This document shows positions 57,701 through 64,000 of a DNA stretch of 64,000 nucleotides, piece after piece (position 1 is the stretch's first letter; every line of letters starts with the position of its first letter). The translations under genes were made by a program, and so were the position numbers. Source of the stretch: Selaginella moellendorffii (Eukaryota; Plantae; Lycopodiophyta); assembly GCF_000143415.4 (NCBI RefSeq), contig NW_003314293.1, positions 62,001 to 126,000 on the forward strand. The letters are read 5' to 3'. The notes below the pieces were generated by a model that ran no database searches, was not told the origin of the DNA, and was given only the letters and a program-made list of their open reading frames with translations.

Positions 57701-59522
57701 TACCTTTGGGTCAACTTTCGGCTGATCCCACTTGGTAGTCTGAGGTTCTTGGTGTTCAGCCACACCTTCTCCCCAGCTTGGAACTCTACATCCCGACGCT
57801 TCTGGTTCGTGTATTTGGTTTGCCTTTGTTGAGCCCGTTCCAAGGAATCCCTCACTAGATTCCAAATGCTGAGTCTTTCCGTCGTGAATGCCTCCACTGC
57901 GGGCAACTCTCCATGATACTCGGCCACGCCGAGTTCCACAGGACCTTCAATAGCTCACCCATTGATGACTTCCCATGGACTCACCCCGATACTCAAATGT
58001 GGTGAGTTGTTATAACACATTTCTGCAAGTCCCAAATGACTTACCCAATCGGTCTGGTCTCCCGAGACATAGCATTGCAAATAATCCTCCAGCTGCCTAT
58101 TCACCCTTTCCGTTTGTCCGTCTGTCAAGAAGTGTTAGTGCCAACAACTTGACTTAATACCCCATACCTGTCTATGGGTGATAGGCTGTGCTGAATTTCA
58201 ACTTGGTGCGATACTGTTCTAGGAGAGTCCTCCAGAACCTACTGGTGAAGATCTTATCTCGATCTGAGATGATCTCTTCCGGTCTTCCCCGCACTCGAAC
58301 CACTTGTTCGAAGAACAGCTTCGCCACACCTTCCGCATCCACCTCCGTTGTGGTGGGTATGAAATGTGCCATTTTCGAAAATCAGTCCACCACCACGAAT
58401 ATCGCATCAAACCCCTCGCTTGGGGGGAGTCCCGTGATGAAGTCCATCGTAAGACATTTCCACGGGCGATCTGGAATTGGGATGCTTTGCAACAAGCCCC
58501 CACTAGCCTTAGTCACGGCTTTTACCTGCTGACATGTTGGACATGTCTTTACATAGTCTTGGACGTCCTTAGCCATATCTGGCCAATGGTACTTCCTTTT
58601 GAGTAAGCCCATCGTCTTGGGCACTCCGCCGTGTCCCGCAAGAGGTCCGTCATGACACTCTTCTAAGGCCACCTTCCTTAGTTCCCCTTCTGGAACATAC
58701 ACCCTCGTTTGCTTGTAATAGATGAGTCCGTTGCGTTCTGCATAGCCTGTTTTCTCTTCCGTTGGCAGCTCACCTCTCTGGTGAGCTTCCCGTGCCTCTA
58801 GATTCCTCAGCAACACTTCTTGTGCTAGACCATCGTTCTCATATGCTGTCCGCACATCGTCCCAGAAGGTTGCTGTTGCGCTGGATATTGCCAACCTCAA
58901 GCTCACTTTTCGACTTAGCGCATCCGCCACGATGTTGCTCTTCCCAGGCTTGTACAGAATCTCGCAATCAAACTCAGCCAGGGCATTGGCTCACCGACCT
59001 TGTTTCCCTCTTAGGTCGGGCTGTGACAAGAAGTGTTTTGTTGCCACATTGTCCGTGTAAACCTTGAAGTGTCTCCCAAGGTAGTGTCGCCACTCCTTGA
59101 GCGCCTTGACCACCGCAAACAATTCCTTCTCGTGGGCAGGCCACTTCCGTTGAGCCTTGTCCAGCTTCTTCAAGAAGAACGCTACCGGATGGTTGTCTTG
59201 CTTCAAAATTGCGCCCAACGCAAAGTCCGAAGCATCCGTTTCTACCTCAAAGTCCTTACCAAAGTCTGGTAATGCCAATACGGGAGCCTTCCTCAACTTC
59301 CCTTTGAGGTGGACGAATGCCGCCTCGCATTCCGCTGTCCACACCATCTTCCCTTTTCTTGTTTGGTCCGTTAAGGGTAGGGCTACTCTCGAATAGTGTC
59401 TGATAAACTTTCGATAGTAGTTGCATAGCCCCAAGAATGCCCTCAACTCGTGTACATTGGATGGTCGCTCCCATTCCTGGATCGCTTGGACCTTCTCCGG
59501 GTCCACCTTGAGCCCATCCTGG

Positions 59523-61204
59523 TGTAAGCGACTAATTTTTCCATTCTACTTTAGTCACTTAACCACACCTTCGACCACTTGGAGGAGTCTCATTCACAAC
59601 CTCCATCAGTCCAATTCAGGACTTGGGACTTGCTAGCCCCAAGAATGGCATCCATGCCACTCAACACTTGCACCTGGTCTAGGTGCTCCACGTGTCCGGT
59701 GCCAAGACCGACACCCAAAGGTGCCACTGACATCTCGGCCCGTTACGCTAAAGCCATGCCCATTCACCTTTTCTGCACTAGTGGTCCAATACCACTTGCA
59801 TCACCATCCCGTCTCTCCAAGACTAGGGCATCTGTCCACAAGTGGTCATCCTAGATCCACACCTTAGCATCCTTAGGATGCCCACAGACCTGGGGAATCG
59901 CCTTCCCCAAAGTCCCTTTGTCAGTTCCTACCAAGTCCCTTCCTGCCCCTGGCCGTGTTTGCTAACACTGCCACTGGATCGAGGCCCACAGGCCCGACCA
60001 CTAAGTCCCACGGTCCTCTGGGACTTCCTCACCACACGACTGTGTCCTTGGTCACTACCCCAGAGGACTGCTCCTCTTCCTTTCCACAGTCTGGGCCTTT
60101 GGGACAACATTTCGGAACACCGTGGCCTTACGCAAGCCACCTGGGTACTCTCCCCGCCTTTCGCCTTTAGGTGCTCAAGCCATGGGCTTAGAGCGAGGTT
60201 CCGTTGAGCCATGCCTGGTATCCAAGTAGGTAGTGCCACCCACACTTGGACTGGGAGCATCGGCCAGTCGATCTCCCGGGGAACTAGAACCGGCTCTTGA
60301 ACACTTCACCAAGCTACCCCGCTTGTCGGTCCGTATTCACTCTAGTCTTGGACTTCCCAGTGGTCAGTTCATCACCCAACACTGGGTCTGGCCTTCCTAG
60401 GCCAAATTGGCCTTTCCTGGCCAAACTGGCTCCACTGCAATCCTCCCCCTACTATACTTTTGGAGCTTACCAAACCCCCCAGGGTCTGGGAGACGAACGC
60501 TTTGGGCTTTCACCCTCTCAGACTCGAACTCGGACTCGGACTCGGACTCGGACTTGGACTCAGACTTGGGCTCGGGCTCGGTCTTAGCCTTGGCCTCGGT
60601 TTCGGTCTCGGTCCCGGTCCCGGTCTCGGTCTCGGTCCCGGTCTCGGTCTTGACCTCGGACTCCATCTTGGGTCCTTCTCGGACTCCATCTCGGGCTCTG
60701 TCTCGGTCCATCTCGGACTCCATCTCGGACTCCATCTCGGGTCCATCTCGGACTCCATCTTGGACTCCATCTTGGGTCCATCTCAGACTCCACTTCGGAC
60801 TCCATCTCGGACTCCATCTCAGTCCATCTCGGACTCCATCTCGGGTCCATCTCGGACTCCGTCTCGGTCCACCTTGGATTCCATCTCGGACTCCATCTCG
60901 GACTCCATCTCGGGTCCATCTCAGACTCCATCTCGGACTCCATCTCGGGTCCATCTCGGGTCCATCTCGGACTCTTCCACGTGTTATGTGTTGGTCCTTT
61001 TTGGGTCCCTTTTTGGAGCCTCGCTTATTGCTTGCTTCATGCTTGTTCCTAGAGCACTTTGTTGGGAGTTCCACTCCCACTCTCAACCTTCCAAGTCGGA
61101 GCTTTTAGTCCAAACGTGTTACGCTCGTTTGGCTTTCGCTTCGGCCACTACCACATGGCACCCTTCCGGCTCCACTTTGGGGCCTAGGGATTTTGTGTCT
61201 CACA
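59523..61204 (-). mobile_element. 1.68-kb solo LTR (family A) inserted in the RT of the older chromovirus
   Basis: TGTAAG...CTCACA termini with perfect TSD CCTGG; removal restores KFLGHVVGQ|DGLKVDPEKV. Confidence 0.95.
60515..60975. repeat. CTCGGA/CTCGGT hexamer and CTCGGACTCCAT / CTCGGGTCCAT 11-12-mer arrays in LTRs (also 39230-39595, 40700-41010, 56545-56800)
   Basis: Directly visible tandem arrays; source of the SDSD, LGLG and RSRS low-complexity ORFs. Confidence 0.95.
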
Positions 61205-64000
61205 CCTGGCCCACCACATGCCCGAGAAACTTTACCTCTTGTTGAGCAAAGTCACATTTGCTCTCTTTAGCATACAGTTTGTGTTCCCTTAGTTTCTCAA
61301 ACACCTTCGCCAAGTGTTCAGCATGCTCCTCTAGCGTCTCGCTATAGATCAGGATGTCGTCGATATAGACGACCACGAAGTGATCTAGATAAGGTACAAA
61401 AATGTGGTTCATTAGCGCCGAAAACGTTGCCGGCGCATTACATAGCCCGAAGGGCATCACCAGAAACTCAAAGCTCCCATACCTCGTTTGACAGGTTGTC
61501 TTCTCGACATCTTCCTCGGCTACCCTGATCTGGTAGTACCCTGACCTTAGGTCAATCCTCGAGAAGTATTTTGCGTTTCCCAACCTATCGAACAGATCCT
61601 CAATCCTTGGCAAAGGGTACTTGTTCTTCTTTGTATACTTGTTGAGCAACCGGTAGTCTATGCACATGCGCATAGATCCATCTTTCTTTTTCACAAATAA
61701 CACCGGCGCCCCATACGGCGACTTGCTCAACCTAACATACCCTTTGTCCACCAACTCCTCTAGTTGGCACTTGAGCTCCTTGAGTTCTTTTTCGTTCAAA
61801 CGATAAAGGGGACGAACCACTGCCTCAGCACCCTCGACCAGCTCAATCTTATGTTTTATCGATCGTGCTGGGGGTAGCCCCGCCGGTAGCTCCTCCGGCA
61901 TGGTATCCTGGAATTGGTCCAACACCCGCTGGATCACTAAAGGTACTTCTTCCATTCCTGTCTTTTTGTCACTCTTCACCGAGAGTAAGCACAAAAAGGC
62001 CGCCTTAGTTCCTTTAGCGAGTTGTCCTCTCGTCGACACCAGGTTTAAGCAGGAATCTTTGGCCTTGCTTTGCCCTACCTTTAGATCTTGGGCCTCCACC
62101 CTAGATCTTCTTCCTTGGGCATTCGCCAGTACCACAAGGTTTCTACCTTGTCCATGCAGGGCTACCACGAATCGATTGAAACAGTCCATTCCGAAGATCA
62201 CGTCAAATCCCGCCATGTCTAACACGGTGAAATCCATGTCCACCTTCCAAGTCCCCACTTCGACTCTCGCTTGTCGAAGTACCTCATCGGTGCTTTGGCT
62301 ACCTTGAACAAACTCTATAGTCCTTGGTTCGCCTAGCCGCTGCACCGTTAGTCCGGCTTGCCGGACTATGTTTGCAGCTACAAAATTATCCGAAGCACCC
62401 GTGTCAATAAAGATTTTAACAAAGCTACCTCCGAGCTTCCCTCGAAGGGCTAGTATATGTCGCGAACGACTCTCTACCAAAGTTGCTCGTGTAATGAGTA
62501 ACTTTGAGTTAGGGACTGGATCACATACCTCCGTTTGGACTTCACCCGACTTGATGGCCATATTGGCTCTGGCCTTCTTCGGGTAGGGACATTCCCTCGA
62601 GAAGTGTCCCGCTTCACCGCAGTTGTAGCATACGTTGTTTCCCACACTGCTATACGACTTGACCTTCTTATCCGTGGGTTTGTCTCTTTTCGCTTGACTC
62701 CCCCACGTACTCGCTCGCTGGCCACCGGATCTGCCTTTCCAGAACCCCGAGGACTCATTCTTAGAGAAACTCTTCTTGAATTTCCCTTTGCTAAACGTTC
62801 CCTTTGGTTTGGCCCCTTTGCTAAACGTGGATCCCGACCCCGTCGTGTTCCCCTTTTGCAGGTTATCGTTGAAATGCACCTTGATGGCCGCATCCAACGC
62901 TTCCTTGTAGTTGGTTGGGTTCCACCGCATTACTTCGCCGCGAGCCCAGGTTTGCAAACCTGATATGAAGGCATGGAACGCATACATATCCCCCATGTCC
63001 GTGACAAGTATCCTCTTTGCCATAAACCCATTCACATACTCCTGAATGGTTCTGGTCTGCTTCAGCCTACTCAGCTCGTCCCTTAGATGCAGAGTAGCAT
63101 TCGGAGGAACGTAAGTTGCGCGGATCCTCACCTTCATCATTTCCCAAGTGGCCACCGGTCCTTCGTTGGCCTTTGTTGTTCTCCACCAAGACTTGGCATT
63201 ATCTGCCAAGTATGGTTTTGCACATGGGACCTTCTCCGAGCTCGGTAATCGTAACGCTCGGAAGTAGTCCTCCAAATCGTAAAACCAATCCTCCACCACC
63301 TTATAGTCATTCACTCCCTTGAAGACTGGTGGGGGCTTTGGTTTGTACTTGGGAACTACCTGAGGGACTGATTCCACTTCGGTCTGTTCGACCTTGTCTG
63401 GTTTTGCCTCAGTCCCTGCCGAAGGGTCCGCACCTTCTACGCTGCCAGCATCCGCAGTCTTTCGCTTTTTCTTCTGCTTCTCATCACGCTTTAGCTTGCG
63501 TACGAGAGTCTCTAGCAGGGCATTGGTCTGTGCCAATTGTCCTTCTAGAACATCCAATCGAGCCTTGGACGACCGAACCTCACCACCAGACTCCTGTTTG
63601 GAAGTTGCCTCACTGGAGTCCTCCTCATGCAAGGATTCCTCATCCATAGCCTCCTGTTCGACCGGAGGCTCCAGCTCTGGAGGAGGTTCCGTCTCTGCCT
63701 GTGTTCGCTTTCGTCCTACCCTTGCCATCTCCCAGCAATCCGCCTCTATCCTTCGCTAGAACTGAGGAAGAGGCTCCGATACCAAATTGTAAGCCACAAA
63801 TTTTTCCTTTCCAATTTGCCAGCTTACCTCGTCTATCCGACGAACTCTGCCTTGGCTTGTGCTAAGTTCCCTCGCCAAGGTTCCCGCCTATGGTACCAGC
63901 TCCTACTTGGTCCTACTTAGTTTTAGCTACTTACTGCACGAGCAACGGAGTGTTAGCCATCCATCTACGGATTCCCAAATCTCTCCCAATCCCCCTCCCC

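Larger units (their letters stand above)
55740..64000 (-). mobile_element. Older Ty3/Gypsy chromovirus with single gag-pol ORF; 5' LTR runs off the window
   Basis: 3' LTR 55740-56879; 5' LTR from 63788 (~97% identical over the visible 213 bp); iMet PBS TGGTATCGGAGC at 63773-63784; PPT at 56880; gag-pol from 63728 with [24 protein letters not shown]; RH/IN/chromodomain fragments with stops at 57270-59520. Confidence 0.95.

Noticed and set aside
60297-61245. SDSD-, LGLG- and RSRS-rich ORFs (also 39.1-39.6, 40.5-41.1, 56.5-56.8 kb) resembling SD-repeat adhesins or SR proteins
   Set aside because: Stop-free translations of hexamer arrays inside LTRs

Overview
Eukaryotic land-plant nuclear DNA, most consistent with the lycophyte Selaginella (inferred from 45-60 nt GT-AG introns, very tight gene packing, PLS-class PPR genes, a GA20ox-like dioxygenase together with a PKA regulatory subunit, and a Tcn1-like chromovirus). 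Positions 1-34.5 kb are gene-dense: SDR, PKA-R, GA20ox-like 2OGD, a tandem-duplication scar holding a decayed Copia, two PLS-PPRs, an RPS8 pseudogene, two orphan secreted paralogs, three tRNAs, mitochondrial intermediate peptidase, a purF/ASE pseudogene, POLD3, a TMK LRR-RLK, OMA1 and THA8L. Positions 34.5-64 kb are a nest of LTR retroelements (TRIM, a non-autonomous Gypsy derivative, a young self-priming Tcn1-type chromovirus, an older chromovirus with a solo LTR in its RT). Removing the LTR elements by their TSDs reveals two decayed, convergent, intron-containing genes resembling beta-class N4-C/N6-A DNA methyltransferases. One continues into an FCP1/NIF phosphatase domain and carries a recurring 22-bp palindrome (ATGGCRTGWG-NN-CWCAYGCCAT), suggesting an undescribed large mobile element. 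All protein-family calls are by eye; no database searches were run.
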